Below are positions 20,535 to 30,596 of a stretch of 64,000 nt of DNA, one piece after another. The stretch covers positions 183,311-247,310 of the forward strand of contig CBDBBI010000010.1 of assembly GCA_965202625.1 (NCBI GenBank), written 5' to 3'. The notes below the pieces were generated by a model. That model did not search any database, had not been told where the DNA came from, and saw nothing but the letters and a program-made list of their open reading frames with translations. Within the stretch, counting starts at the first letter, position 1. Every line of letters begins with the position of its first letter. This stretch comes from a bacterium (GTDB lineage: Bacteria; UBA8248). Made by a program: the position numbers and the translations under genes.

Positions 20535-20821
20535 AACGTCCCCTGCTTGCCTGTAATGGAACGGGAGACAAGCCTAGCGATTCAAGGGCGGCGGAACAAG
20601 CACTCGCGCGGGTTCGCGGCAAAAACCGGATTCGCTCTTTCGGGGAGTTCGATTATACGTTTTGACGAACCACTGCTCGTTCTCCCTCATTTTGGAGGCT
20701 TCGGGAGAGGAGGATTTGTGGAAAAAGCATTTCCACTTAGGGAGGAGCATCCCCGATTCCGCTCTCTGCGCGCCGCGCGTGGTCGTTAAACGGAATGGAG
20801 AGGGAGCGCGGCGAAATGCGC

Positions 20822-21079
20822 CTAAAACGTGACGATCCCCCCTTTGACGCCGAGGAGTTTGGATATCAGGCCGTGAAAGTAATAGACGTCCAGAAGCGTC
20901 AGGGCGATGAGAAGCGCTACGAATATGAGTATGAGGCCGGCGACGAAGCAAGGGAGCTGGGCGATGGCGTGAAATACCCCTCCTGCTTTCCCCGCCCGGA
21001 GAGGATAGCCGCAGTGTGGACAGGAGACGGCCTTCGTGCTCAGGGTGCCCTTGCATTCGGGACAATCGAGGAGGGCCAT
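20822..21079 (-). CDS. small zinc-ribbon membrane protein (hypothetical)
   Basis: MALLDCPECKG...CPHCGYPL zinc ribbon followed by one TM helix; begins 2 nt after the upstream acyl-CoA synthetase stop. Confidence 0.45.
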   Translation of the reverse strand: MALLDCPECKGTLSTKAVSCPHCGYPLRAGKAGGVFHAIAQLPCFVAGLILIFVALLIALTLLDVYYFHGLISKLLGVKGGIVTF

Positions 21080-21080
21080 T

Positions 21081-23027
21081 TCACAGCGCCTCCTTGATGG
21101 CGTAGAGAAACGCCGGCGTCTCGATGGAGGAGACGTCGATGCGCGCCGGGTCCGCGCCTAGATATACTTTCTTGATGGCGGCGCGAACGATTTTGGCCGA
21201 GCGGGTCTTGGGCAGTGCGCGGACGAACTTGACTTTCTCGGGCCGTAAACTTTTTCCGAGATATTTTACGGTTTCTTCTTTCAGGGTTTCCCTCAGCGCG
21301 TCCGTCGGTTCGTGGTTCTCGGCGAGCACCACGAAACAGCACAGACCCTCCCCCTTGATGGGGTGCGGCGCGCCGATGACGGCGGCCTCCACGACGGCTG
21401 GATGGGCGATGAGAGCCGCCTCCACCTCGGCGGGCCCCACGCGCTTGCCCGCGACGTTGATGGTGTCGTCCGAGCGGCCATAGAGATACCATTGGCCATC
21501 CGCATCCGCTCGTGCCCAGTCGCCGTGATACCAGACGTCAGGCCACCGGGAGAAATACGTCTCCATGTAGCGTGCGTCGTCTTTCAGAAAACTTTTCGTC
21601 ATCGAGGGGGTCGGCTGCTTACACACGAGATGGCCGATCTCACCGCGCACGGATTCTCCCGCCTCGTTGAACACGTCCGTGTCCGCCCCAAGGGCGGGGC
21701 CGCCCAGAGAGCAGGGCGTAAGTGGAACGATGGGGTAGGGCTGAAGCAGGCAGCCGCAAAGCTCGGTGCCGCCCGAGATGTTCATGATGGGACACCGCCC
21801 CCCTCCCACCTTCTCGAAGAACCACATGTAGGATTCCCGATCCCAAGGCTCGCCGGTCGAACCCAGTATTCGCAATTTCGATAGGTCGTGTTTTTCCACC
21901 CATTCGTCGCCCTGGCTGATCAACAGCCGAATCGCAGTGGGCGAGACGCCGAAGGTCGTCACCCCGTGATCGCTCAGGAGCTTCCAGAGACGGTCGGTCT
22001 CCGGCCAGTTAGGCGCCCCCTCGTAGATGAGGTAGGCGCCGCCCCCGAACTGGACCCCTATCATCTCCCAGGGGCCCATCATCCAGCCGATGTCCGTCAC
22101 CCAGAAGAAGACGTCCGCATCCCTTAAGTCGAGACAATATCGAATCTCTTTCGCCACGTTGAGCATACAGCCTGCGTGGGTGTGCACCGTGCCCTTGGGT
22201 TTTCCCGTCGTGCCCGAGGTGTAGATGATAAGAGAATGGGCCTCGGCGGGCAGGCGCTCGGTTGCTGCGGCGTCTGACTGCCCCCGGACGAAATCCTTCC
22301 ACGAGACGTCTCGCCCCTCCCGCATGGGGACGCGCGTTCCGGTTCTTCTGAAAACCACCACTTTTTCGACCCCCGTCCCGACATCGAGCGCCGCATCCAG
22401 CAGGGATTTTACGCCGACCTCCTTGCCTCGGCGCAGGCCTGCGTTCGACGTGAATACGAGTCGCGCCTCGGCGTGGGCGAGACGCTCGGCGACGGCCTCG
22501 GGGCCGAAGCCGGAGAAGATGGGAATCGCGACGACCCCGATTTTCAGGCAGGCGAACATGGCGAAGACAGTCTCGGGAATCATGGGCATGAAGATGCCTG
22601 CGCTCTCTCCTGGACGCATTCCCATTCCGCGCATGGCGTTCGCCAGCCGGCAGACGTGGGTGTTCATCTGCGCGTAGGTGAAGCGGCGGACCTCGCCGCC
22701 GTCGCCCTCCCAGACGAGGGCCGTTCTGTCGCGCGCCGGAGTCGCGAGATGCCTATCGATGCAGTTGTGGACGATGTTGATCTCACCGCCTAGAAACCAC
22801 TTCGTCCAGGGGAGGCCGCCCGATTGGTCGACGATTTTCTCATACGGCTTGAACCAAGAGACGCCCATGTCCTTTTCCAGCGTCTCCCAGAAGCGGCCGA
22901 CGTCCTCTCTGGAGAAGGCAAGGAGCGTCTCGTAGTCGGCGAGGTCGTTTTTGCGCATGAAGCGCGCGACGTTCGAGTTCTCGATAAAATCCTTGCTCGG
23001 CCGCCAGATGATGTCGTTCGCGCTCAC
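21081..23027 (-). CDS. AMP-forming acyl-CoA synthetase (acetyl/propionyl-CoA synthetase-like)
   Basis: 648 aa; YTSGTTGKPKG AMP-binding motif, ...ISGGTE..., SAKIVR C-terminal motif; Acs/PrpE-like N-terminal domain. Confidence 0.85.
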   Translation of the reverse strand: MSANDIIWRPSKDFIENSNVARFMRKNDLADYETLLAFSREDVGRFWETLEKDMGVSWFKPYEKIVDQSGGLPWTKWFLGGEINIVHNCIDRHLATPARDRTALVWEGDGGEVRRFTYAQMNTHVCRLANAMRGMGMRPGESAGIFMPMIPETVFAMFACLKIGVVAIPIFSGFGPEAVAERLAHAEARLVFTSNAGLRRGKEVGVKSLLDAALDVGTGVEKVVVFRRTGTRVPMREGRDVSWKDFVRGQSDAAATERLPAEAHSLIIYTSGTTGKPKGTVHTHAGCMLNVAKEIRYCLDLRDADVFFWVTDIGWMMGPWEMIGVQFGGGAYLIYEGAPNWPETDRLWKLLSDHGVTTFGVSPTAIRLLISQGDEWVEKHDLSKLRILGSTGEPWDRESYMWFFEKVGGGRCPIMNISGGTELCGCLLQPYPIVPLTPCSLGGPALGADTDVFNEAGESVRGEIGHLVCKQPTPSMTKSFLKDDARYMETYFSRWPDVWYHGDWARADADGQWYLYGRSDDTINVAGKRVGPAEVEAALIAHPAVVEAAVIGAPHPIKGEGLCCFVVLAENHEPTDALRETLKEETVKYLGKSLRPEKVKFVRALPKTRSAKIVRAAIKKVYLGADPARIDVSSIETPAFLYAIKEAL

Positions 23028-23217
23028 GGCTTCTCCTCCTCGCGCGGTCGTTACGCCATCCGGCTCTCATACGCTAGACGCATGAGTTCCTTGAGAGCAT
23101 CGGCGCGGTTCTCGATTTCGTCCCCACTTTCCCAGGGTGGGATGATTTCTCAGGGGGATTCTTTGAGGTTTTTGGTAGTTCTCCAAGTCCATCTTCTTTC
23201 CGTGCCTGCGGGCGGTG

Positions 23218-25164
23218 CTAGATCGCTTCCCGAATGGCGTCGAGATGCGCGGGGTTCTCAAGGGAGTTCATATCCATGTGGTCTACCGGCTCGCCCAGAT
23301 AGACCTTCTTGATCGCGCTGCGCACGATTTTCGCTGAGCGCGTCTTGGGCAACGCCCGAACGAACCGGACCGCATCGGGCCTCAAACTCTTGCCCAGATA
23401 TTCCACCGCTTGATCTTTGAGCTCCTCGCGCAGTGCGTCGCTCGGCGCGTAGGAATCCAGCATGACGACGAAGCACGTGAGGCCCTCCCCCTTCACCGGA
23501 TGCGGCGTTCCGACCACCGCCGCCTCGATGACGCCCGGGTGCTTGATGAGTTCGGATTCGATCTCGTTCGGTCCCACGCGCTTTCCCGACACCTTGATGG
23601 TGTCGTCCGAGCGGCCGTAGAGATACCAGAGTCCCTTCTCGTCCACCTTGGCCCAGTCGCCGTGATACCAGACGCCCTCCCAGCGCGAGAAATAGGTTTC
23701 GACGTAGCGCTCCGGCTCCTTCCAGAAGCCGTTGGTGAGCGAGGGGATGGGTTGTTTGAGCACGAGGTGGCCCACCTCGCCGCGAATCGGCTTCGCGTCC
23801 TCGCCGAACACGTCCGTGTCCGTGCCCATGGCCGGCGCCCCCAGCGTGCAAGGGGCGAGCGCCATGACGGGAAGGGGCTGGAGGAGGCAGGCGCCGATCT
23901 CCGTGCCGCCCGATATGTTCATGATTGGACAGCGCGAGCCGCCCACTTTCTCGAAAAACCACATGTAGGACTCCGTGTCCCAAGGCTCGCCCGTAGAGCC
24001 GAGAACGCGCAGGGAGGAGAGGTCGTGCTTCTCCACCCACGCATCGCCTGCGCTGATCAGAACGCGCACCGCGGTGGGCGAAAGGCCAAGATGGCTGATT
24101 CCGTGTCGGGCGACGATTTGCCAGAGGCGATCGGGCGCGGGGTGGTTCGGCACGCTCTCATACAGGAGGCAGGAATGCCCGCTGAAGTGTGCGCCCACCA
24201 GTTCATAGGGCGCCATGACCCAGCCGAAGTCCGTGACCCAGAAAACCGTGTCTCCATCGCGCATGTCGAGACAGTATTTGAGCTCTCGTCCGGGGCCGCT
24301 CATCAGGCCGGCGTGGGTATAGACGGCGCCCTTGGGCTTTCCGGTGGTGCCGGAAGTGTACATGATCATAGAGACGGCGTCTGCGGGGAGCCGCTCGGTC
24401 TTCGCCTCAGCGGGTTGGCCCTTCACGAAGGCGTCCCAGGTGACGTCGCGCCCCGCCTGCATGGGAACGTCCTCGCCCGAGCGCTGGACGACGACGACCC
24501 TTTCCACCATCACGCCCTGCTCCAGCGCGGCGTCCGCCGTGCCTTTGAGGGGAATATGCTTGCCCCGGCGAACGGCACCGTCGGCCGTGAACAGAATGCG
24601 CGCCTCCGCGTGAATCAACCGCTCGGCCAGTCCTTCAGGACCGAAGCCGGAGAAAACGGGCAACACCGCCACCCCCGTCTTAAAGCACGCGTACATGACG
24701 ATGGCGGCCTCGGGCACCATGGGGAGGAACACGCCCGCCACGTCCCCTGGCTTGAGTCCCATATCACGCATGGCGTTTGCCAGTCGGGAGACTTCCGCCG
24801 AGAGTTCGGCGTAGGTGAATTCTCGCGTCTCTCCCGTATCGCTCTCCCAGAGGAGCGCGGTCTGATTCCTTCGCGCACTCGCGGCGTGACGATCGATGCA
24901 GTTCAGTACAATGTTCGTCTCCCCGCCCACGAACCACTTCGCCCAGGGAAAGCCGCCGCTCAGGTCCAGCAACTCGTCATAGGGCCTGTACCACGCAAGC
25001 TCCATGTCTTCGAGCACGACTTCCCAGAAGCGGCGGATGTCCTCAACCGACCATTTCAGAAACTCTCGGTGATCGGCGATGTCGAGTTTTTTCATCAGCT
25101 TGGCCACGTGGCTGTTCGTCAGAAAATCTTCGTTGGGTCGCCATATGACGTCCGAGGTGTTCAC
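23218..25164 (-). CDS. AMP-forming acyl-CoA synthetase, tandem paralog (start assigned at GTG 25164 with GGAGAGGA Shine-Dalgarno upstream; an alternative ATG lies at 25257)
   Basis: Same motifs (YTSGTTGKPKG, SAKIVR); N-terminus VNTSDVIWRPNEDF parallels MSANDIIWRPSKDF of the neighbouring paralog. Confidence 0.8.
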   Translation of the reverse strand: MNTSDVIWRPNEDFLTNSHVAKLMKKLDIADHREFLKWSVEDIRRFWEVVLEDMELAWYRPYDELLDLSGGFPWAKWFVGGETNIVLNCIDRHAASARRNQTALLWESDTGETREFTYAELSAEVSRLANAMRDMGLKPGDVAGVFLPMVPEAAIVMYACFKTGVAVLPVFSGFGPEGLAERLIHAEARILFTADGAVRRGKHIPLKGTADAALEQGVMVERVVVVQRSGEDVPMQAGRDVTWDAFVKGQPAEAKTERLPADAVSMIMYTSGTTGKPKGAVYTHAGLMSGPGRELKYCLDMRDGDTVFWVTDFGWVMAPYELVGAHFSGHSCLLYESVPNHPAPDRLWQIVARHGISHLGLSPTAVRVLISAGDAWVEKHDLSSLRVLGSTGEPWDTESYMWFFEKVGGSRCPIMNISGGTEIGACLLQPLPVMALAPCTLGAPAMGTDTDVFGEDAKPIRGEVGHLVLKQPIPSLTNGFWKEPERYVETYFSRWEGVWYHGDWAKVDEKGLWYLYGRSDDTIKVSGKRVGPNEIESELIKHPGVIEAAVVGTPHPVKGEGLTCFVVMLDSYAPSDALREELKDQAVEYLGKSLRPDAVRFVRALPKTRSAKIVRSAIKKVYLGEPVDHMDMNSLENPAHLDAIREAI

Positions 25165-25180
25165 CTGGATTTCCTCTCCG

Positions 25181-26038
25181 TTATTTTCTGGCGTGATCCT
25201 GAATCCATACTTTGACGCGTGGGAACACGTACTCGTCCACCTCGCCCCACGCCCCACCGTCCACTTTGGCGGGCGGATCGTGCGCGCCCGCTTCGAGCTC
25301 CTCCATATTTTGCGCCAGCTCGCCGATGATGGAAGGATCCGGATAGGGGTCGGTATGTCCCGACGTTATCCACCGCACCTCTTTCTCCCGGGCGAGTTTT
25401 TCCATTTTCCTGAGCGAGGGGGCGTAGTCGGAGAGCACCGCCGTGGGTACTTGCAGGAACAGGTATTCCTCGCACCGAATCAAATCGCCCGAGACGAGAA
25501 TTTTCTCCCGCTCGTCGTAGAGCGAGATGCTGCATGGAGAGTGCCCGGGCGTGTCGTAGACGTAGAACTTTCTCTCGCCGAGGTCGAAGCTGTCGCTTTC
25601 CTGAAGCGTCCAGCCAAACGTGGCGGGTTTGATGGCGTAGGTGTCCTCGTCGAACCAGTTGGGGAAAGCTTTGCCATTGCTCTTCCACGTGTTCACGAAA
25701 GCCTTCTCCAGCCGGGAGAAATCGTTTGCGAGTAGGTTTTTGCCGGCGGGGTGAACGCCGACTTCATCCCATTGCGCCGCCGCCCCAAGGTGGTCCCAGT
25801 GGGTGTGGGTGAGAATGAAGTCGATGGGCTTGTCCGTGATGCTCTCGTAGAGTTTTCGCAAGTTTCCGACCCCGATTCCGCCGTCGATGGCGACCGCTTT
25901 TTCATCTCCGACCAAAAGGAGCATGTTGAATCGGCCGCCTTCGGTGATTTGGTAGCTGTTCGGGGCGAATTCGTTGACGGAGTACCAGTCTTGGGTTTCC
26001 ATGGAGTCGCCTTTCTCGTTGAGGGATGAACCATTCAC
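25181..26038 (-). CDS. MBL-fold metallo-hydrolase
   Basis: ILTHTHWDHLG (HxHxDH) motif; 285 aa. Confidence 0.75.
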   Translation of the reverse strand: MNGSSLNEKGDSMETQDWYSVNEFAPNSYQITEGGRFNMLLLVGDEKAVAIDGGIGVGNLRKLYESITDKPIDFILTHTHWDHLGAAAQWDEVGVHPAGKNLLANDFSRLEKAFVNTWKSNGKAFPNWFDEDTYAIKPATFGWTLQESDSFDLGERKFYVYDTPGHSPCSISLYDEREKILVSGDLIRCEEYLFLQVPTAVLSDYAPSLRKMEKLAREKEVRWITSGHTDPYPDPSIIGELAQNMEELEAGAHDPPAKVDGGAWGEVDEYVFPRVKVWIQDHARK

Positions 26039-26558
26039 AGGTACATGGCAACAAAGAGACTATCCTCATCCTTATGGGTCTCGCCGTCCCGGGTTGAGGA
26101 TTCCAATCTAGCCCCATTGCCCCGCGCGAATCAAGCGCGAGGCGCGTTTTCGAGCGACGTTCGAGCTTTTGTTTCACGCGTTTTCCCGCAGATCTTTTGA
26201 ATCGGGGGCATTCTGGTACGCTCGCGCCGAAGTGGGGCGTGATTTGCGCCTTCGCTGTGTGGGGTTTTCTATTAGGTAAGGAGAATACAAGTGGTTTGTG
26301 CGAATGGCGTTTTCTGTGGGACTCTCGCTTTGTCATGTATGTGGGCGCGGGAGAGGGGAAACCGAGAAAGGGGACCCAGGTGGGGTTTCGCTACGAACAC
26401 GTCCGCTTCTTGACGCGCGATGTCCGCGCCACGAAGGAGGATTTGAGGGATGCGCCCTGGGCGGTTTTCAGGCCTGGAGGAGAGGGGGACCCCCGCTCGT
26501 TCGGGGATGTAGCTTGAGAAACCGTCCCGCCGCGCATCCGCCCTCTGCCGATACGGGC

Positions 26559-27449
26559 ATGACGCTTGAACTCGTTCTTGGTTCGCTGTTTCTCACGCTG
26601 GTGTGGGGGATGGCCCAGCCCATCATCAAGGGTGCCTACGCGGGTCTCACGCCCTTCGCCCTCATCTGGATGCGTTGCGGGGCGGGCATCCTCACTCTGA
26701 CGCTCTATCGGCTCCTCACCCGTTCTCCCAACCGGGTGACCCATCCGGACGCCTGGAAGGAGAAGGGACACCGAATTCTAAGCGGCCTTTTGCATAACGT
26801 CTATATTCTATTCTTGTATCAGGGAATGTTCGGAACCACCGCCGCGCGCGCCTCGGTTCTGCTTTACACCCAGCCGATTTGGGTCATGCTGTTCAGTGCC
26901 CTGATGCTCGCGGGCGAGCGGATTACCCCCGTGCGGGCGCTCGGCTTCGCCGTGGCGATGGGCGGAACCATCACGGTGTTCTCAAATCGCCTTGGGCCGG
27001 GCAGCGCGCCTTGGGCGGACGCCTACGTCCTCCTCGCCGCCGTTCTCTGGGCGGTGCAGACGATGCACTACCGCCGATATCTCTCGAATTCGGATTTCGT
27101 GTCGATCGCCAGATGGGCCATGTTCATCGGGGCGCCGATGTATTTTCTTCTCTCCTATACGGAGCATCGCTTCGGAATCGCTTTTTTCGGAGGGGCGCAG
27201 ATTTTGGCGGTCGTCTATATGGGCGTGCTGTCCAGCGCGCTCCTGCTGGCCTACTGGGGTTATTTGCTGCTCAAGTACTCACCCGCCAGAATGTCGGTGT
27301 TCTTGTTTCTGAACCCCATCGTCGGCGTGCTAGGCAGCGCCTTCTATCTCGACGAACGACTGAGCTGGCGTCTGGCTGCGGGTGCCGCTCTGACGGCGGT
27401 CGGCGTCTGGCTGGTGACGGGAGAGGGAAGAGCGGCGCAGACGGGATAA
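26559..27449 (+). CDS. EamA/DMT-family transporter
   Basis: Start chosen at MTLELVLGSLFLTLVW (the longer ORF 26298.. is an N-terminal read-through); ~10 TM helices. Confidence 0.75.
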   Translation: MTLELVLGSLFLTLVWGMAQPIIKGAYAGLTPFALIWMRCGAGILTLTLYRLLTRSPNRVTHPDAWKEKGHRILSGLLHNVYILFLYQGMFGTTAARASVLLYTQPIWVMLFSALMLAGERITPVRALGFAVAMGGTITVFSNRLGPGSAPWADAYVLLAAVLWAVQTMHYRRYLSNSDFVSIARWAMFIGAPMYFLLSYTEHRFGIAFFGGAQILAVVYMGVLSSALLLAYWGYLLLKYSPARMSVFLFLNPIVGVLGSAFYLDERLSWRLAAGAALTAVGVWLVTGEGRAAQTG

Positions 27450-27472
27450 GCGCCCCGCCTGTTTCCATGGAG

Positions 27473-28621
27473 TCATGGGGCGGCGGGTACATAAACCATT
27501 CCCTCCATCAGGCGTCTCGCCGTGCGATGGACGATCACCTTTTCCGCTTTGTATCCTTCGGGTGTGCTGAAAACGTCCGCGCCTACCGTCTGGACGCCCG
27601 AAGGATGCCCGAGGCGGATGGCGCGGTCGGATCGTCCGACGGCCTCGTGAACCAGAGTGCCGGGAATCTGCGCGGCGACTGCCAGGCACATCGCGCCCGT
27701 GAGGGCGTAAGCGCGGTGGGTTTTGCCCATTGAGACGACGCTGCTCACGACGTCGCACGCATCCGGCGCGATGACGTCGCCTTTTAGGTTCACGTATTCT
27801 ATCGCCGGTGCGACGAGGGCGATTTTCGGCGCTGCCTGCCCGCTCTCGGACGCCTCTCTCCTGTTTCGCGCCAGCCCCATGTGCACGGCCGCCTCCGCGC
27901 GAATCTGCTCAAGGTTCACCATCAGCTCGACTTGGCTGTCGATGCGTCCCGGGGCTTCTCCGCCGGACAGTCCTACGTCCTGCGCGCGGAGGAACACCAT
28001 CGGGTTGGTCGCGTCCACCATGCTCACCTCAATGCTTCCCACGCCCTCGATCTGAAAAACGTCCACGACGTTGGCGGAGGGCAGGAGCTTTCCTGTGGCG
28101 GCGCCTCCCGGGTCCAGGAATTCGAGGGTGATTCGCGCCCCGGTGCCGGAGACGCCGGGCAGTTCGTATGCGCCGTTCACGCGGGCCGCGCCGGCTTCCA
28201 CCTCAAAACGGCACTGGTAGGTTTTCCCCGTGTTCGTGTTGTGAACGCGAACGGTGGCGACTCCGTTTTCAGGCGCGGCGACCAACCCCTCATCCACCGC
28301 GAAGGGGCCGACGGCACTTGATATGTTTCCGCAGGTGCCCGCATAGTCCACGATTTTTTCCCGAACTCCCACCTGAGCGAAAGTAAAATCGACGTCCGCA
28401 TCCACGCGCGCAGAGGGCGTGACGATGGCGATTTTGCTCAAAGAGGACACTCCGCCCCCTAGGCCATCCAGCTGGCGGCCGTTTGGGTCGGGACTGCCGA
28501 GAGCCTTGAGGAATATGGCGTCTCGCGCGTAGCGTTCCCCTGGCAAATCCTTCTCGTGGAAAAAGATGGCGCGGCTCGTACCCCCGCGCATGAATACGGC
28601 CGGATATTTTGCTTGCCTCAT
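27473..28621 (-). CDS. prpF: PrpF-family 2-methylaconitate isomerase (AcnD-accessory protein)
   Basis: 382 aa; MRQAKYPAVFMRGGTSRAIFF... N-terminus and overall PrpF/4-oxalomesaconate-tautomerase fold; lies immediately downstream of the aconitase-family gene. Confidence 0.8.
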   Translation of the reverse strand: MRQAKYPAVFMRGGTSRAIFFHEKDLPGERYARDAIFLKALGSPDPNGRQLDGLGGGVSSLSKIAIVTPSARVDADVDFTFAQVGVREKIVDYAGTCGNISSAVGPFAVDEGLVAAPENGVATVRVHNTNTGKTYQCRFEVEAGAARVNGAYELPGVSGTGARITLEFLDPGGAATGKLLPSANVVDVFQIEGVGSIEVSMVDATNPMVFLRAQDVGLSGGEAPGRIDSQVELMVNLEQIRAEAAVHMGLARNRREASESGQAAPKIALVAPAIEYVNLKGDVIAPDACDVVSSVVSMGKTHRAYALTGAMCLAVAAQIPGTLVHEAVGRSDRAIRLGHPSGVQTVGADVFSTPEGYKAEKVIVHRTARRLMEGMVYVPAAP

Positions 28622-28622
28622 C

Positions 28623-30596
28623 TTATGCGCCGACTTCCGTTTCGCTCTGTGGTGCGCACACCCCTTCGATTCGGGCCAGAGCGAGCGCGCCGCCCGCCAG
28701 GAGGGTGCTCCGCTCGCGCGCAGTCAGCGTGCACGCCACGCCAAAGGCGCGGCCCGCTTCCTGGTTTTCCACTTCGAGGACGCCGGCGATGAGCGAATCC
28801 CTGAGGTGGGAGATCGAGAGTTTCTGTCCCGGGGCGGTTTGCTCGTAGTCGGCTTCGTTCAGAAACAGGAGGGGCAGGACGCCCCAGTTGATAAGATTCG
28901 CCCGGTGGATTCTGGCGAAACTCTTGGCGATGACCGCGCGAACTCCCAGCATCATTGGGCAGATCGCCGCCTGCTCCCGGGCGGAGCCTTGTCCGTATGT
29001 TTTCCCCCCGACGATGATTCCGCCGCCCGCTTTCCGCGCTCGGGAGACGAACGTTGAATCGACGCGCCTGAATACGTAATCGGACAGCGCGGGCATGTTC
29101 GTGCGATAGGTGATGGCCTCCACCCCTGCGGGAATGATGTGGTCGGTCGAGACGTTGTCGCCGAGTTTGATGAGAACTTCCCCCTTGCAGGAGTCCCCCC
29201 AAGGCGACCCTACCGGAACGGGGCCGATGTTCGGCCCTCGCGGAATTTCCACGGACGCCGAATCGTCCGACGGGGGAACGATGCCCGTCCTGTCGCTCTT
29301 CAGACGGTGGGGAAGGAGGATTTCGGGAGGTTTCCCTTCTTTTCGCGGGTCTCTTATCTCTCCGTGAAGGGCGGCGACGGCGGCCACTTCGGGACTCGCG
29401 AGATATACCGAATCCTCATCCGCTCCCGAACGCCCCTTGAAGTTGCGGTTGAAGGTGCGCAGGGAGTTCATGCCCGAGGCCGGAATGTGTGCGTAGCCGG
29501 GACATGCGCCGCAAGTCGCTTCGGAGACGCATACGCCGGCGGCGAGGAGGTCGGCCAGGTGCCCCTCTCTGGCGAGTTCCTCGAACGCCTGGCGGCTGCC
29601 CGGAAAAACGATGGCGTCCACGAGGTGGGCCACTTTCCGGCCCCTGAGCGTCTGGGCGAACGAAGCGACGTCGGTGAATGAGCCGTTCGTGCAGCTGCCG
29701 ATGATGACTTGGTGAACCGGCGTGCCGACGGCTTCCGATACGGGAACCACGTTGTCCGGATCGGAGGGCAGGGCGACGAGAGGCTCTATCTCGCTCAGGT
29801 TCAGCGTCATTTTCTCGTCATAGGCGGCGTCCCTGTCCGCTTCCTGGGCGGACCAATCCCAGGGGCGGTTGATGCGCTCGTAAAACAATCGGGTCTGCGC
29901 GTCGCTGGGGAACACGCTCCCCGTCAGTCCCAGCTCGGTCCCCATGCTGGCGATAGTGAAGCGCTCCGGCACCGAGAGTGTGAGGACGCCGGGTCCGGCG
30001 TATTCAAAGAATTTGCCAATTCCCCCCTGAACGCCCAGCCGGCGCAGAAGCTCCAGGGCGACGTCTTTCGCCGTGGCACAGGGGCCCAGTTTTCCGCTCA
30101 GATTCATCTCCACGACGAGAGGGCGGGGGAGAATGGCGGCGCCCGTCGCCATGGCGACTGCCACGTCCACCCCGCCGGCGCCGATGGCGAGCATCCCCAC
30201 GGCTCCCGCCTGGGGCGTATGGGAATCGGTCCCCATGAGACTTGTCCCGGGAAGGGAGAATTCCTCAAGGTGCACGTTGTGGCAGACGCCGTTTCCAGGT
30301 TTTGAGAAATGGATGCCGTATTTTTGACAAAATCCGAGCATGAAGCGGTGGGCGTCCGTGTGCAGGTGGTGTGCCTGAATAGTTTGGTGGTCGCCATACA
30401 TGACGGCGGTTTTTTGTTTTACCCTTTCAAAGCCCATAGCCTCGAACTGGAGCAGTGCCATGGGACCCGAGGCGTCCTGAAGGAGGATCTGATCGATTTT
30501 GATCTTGACCTCCTCGCCGGGAGTTCTGGAGGCGCCTGAGAGGAGGTGCGCGTCGAGGAGTTTTTGCGTGAGGCTGCGCGCATCTGGATCAACCAC
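28623..30596 (-). CDS. acnD: aconitase-family hydratase (AcnD-like 2-methylcitrate dehydratase candidate), ~657 aa
   Basis: IGSCTNGSF and CGACPG Fe-S ligand motifs, VCHNVHLEEF, DSHTPQAG catalytic motifs. Putative GTG start at 30596 overlaps the prpC stop (TGA 30589-30591). It is in frame with the upstream read-through, which is why the ORF track shows a 1032-aa fusion. Confidence 0.75.
   Translation of the reverse strand: MVDPDARSLTQKLLDAHLLSGASRTPGEEVKIKIDQILLQDASGPMALLQFEAMGFERVKQKTAVMYGDHQTIQAHHLHTDAHRFMLGFCQKYGIHFSKPGNGVCHNVHLEEFSLPGTSLMGTDSHTPQAGAVGMLAIGAGGVDVAVAMATGAAILPRPLVVEMNLSGKLGPCATAKDVALELLRRLGVQGGIGKFFEYAGPGVLTLSVPERFTIASMGTELGLTGSVFPSDAQTRLFYERINRPWDWSAQEADRDAAYDEKMTLNLSEIEPLVALPSDPDNVVPVSEAVGTPVHQVIIGSCTNGSFTDVASFAQTLRGRKVAHLVDAIVFPGSRQAFEELAREGHLADLLAAGVCVSEATCGACPGYAHIPASGMNSLRTFNRNFKGRSGADEDSVYLASPEVAAVAALHGEIRDPRKEGKPPEILLPHRLKSDRTGIVPPSDDSASVEIPRGPNIGPVPVGSPWGDSCKGEVLIKLGDNVSTDHIIPAGVEAITYRTNMPALSDYVFRRVDSTFVSRARKAGGGIIVGGKTYGQGSAREQAAICPMMLGVRAVIAKSFARIHRANLINWGVLPLLFLNEADYEQTAPGQKLSISHLRDSLIAGVLEVENQEAGRAFGVACTLTARERSTLLAGGALALARIEGVCAPQSETEVGA

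Noticed and set aside
23410-25215. 601-aa plus-strand ORF
   Set aside because: Antisense to the second acyl-CoA synthetase, which has clear AMP-binding motifs on the other strand.
26298-26558. N-terminal extensions of ORFs 26298..27449, 35981..37096 and 44969..45949
   Set aside because: The extensions are hydrophilic, low-complexity read-through upstream of clear signal-peptide/TM starts (MTLELVL..., MKRFAFFL..., MVMCSAIRAG...).
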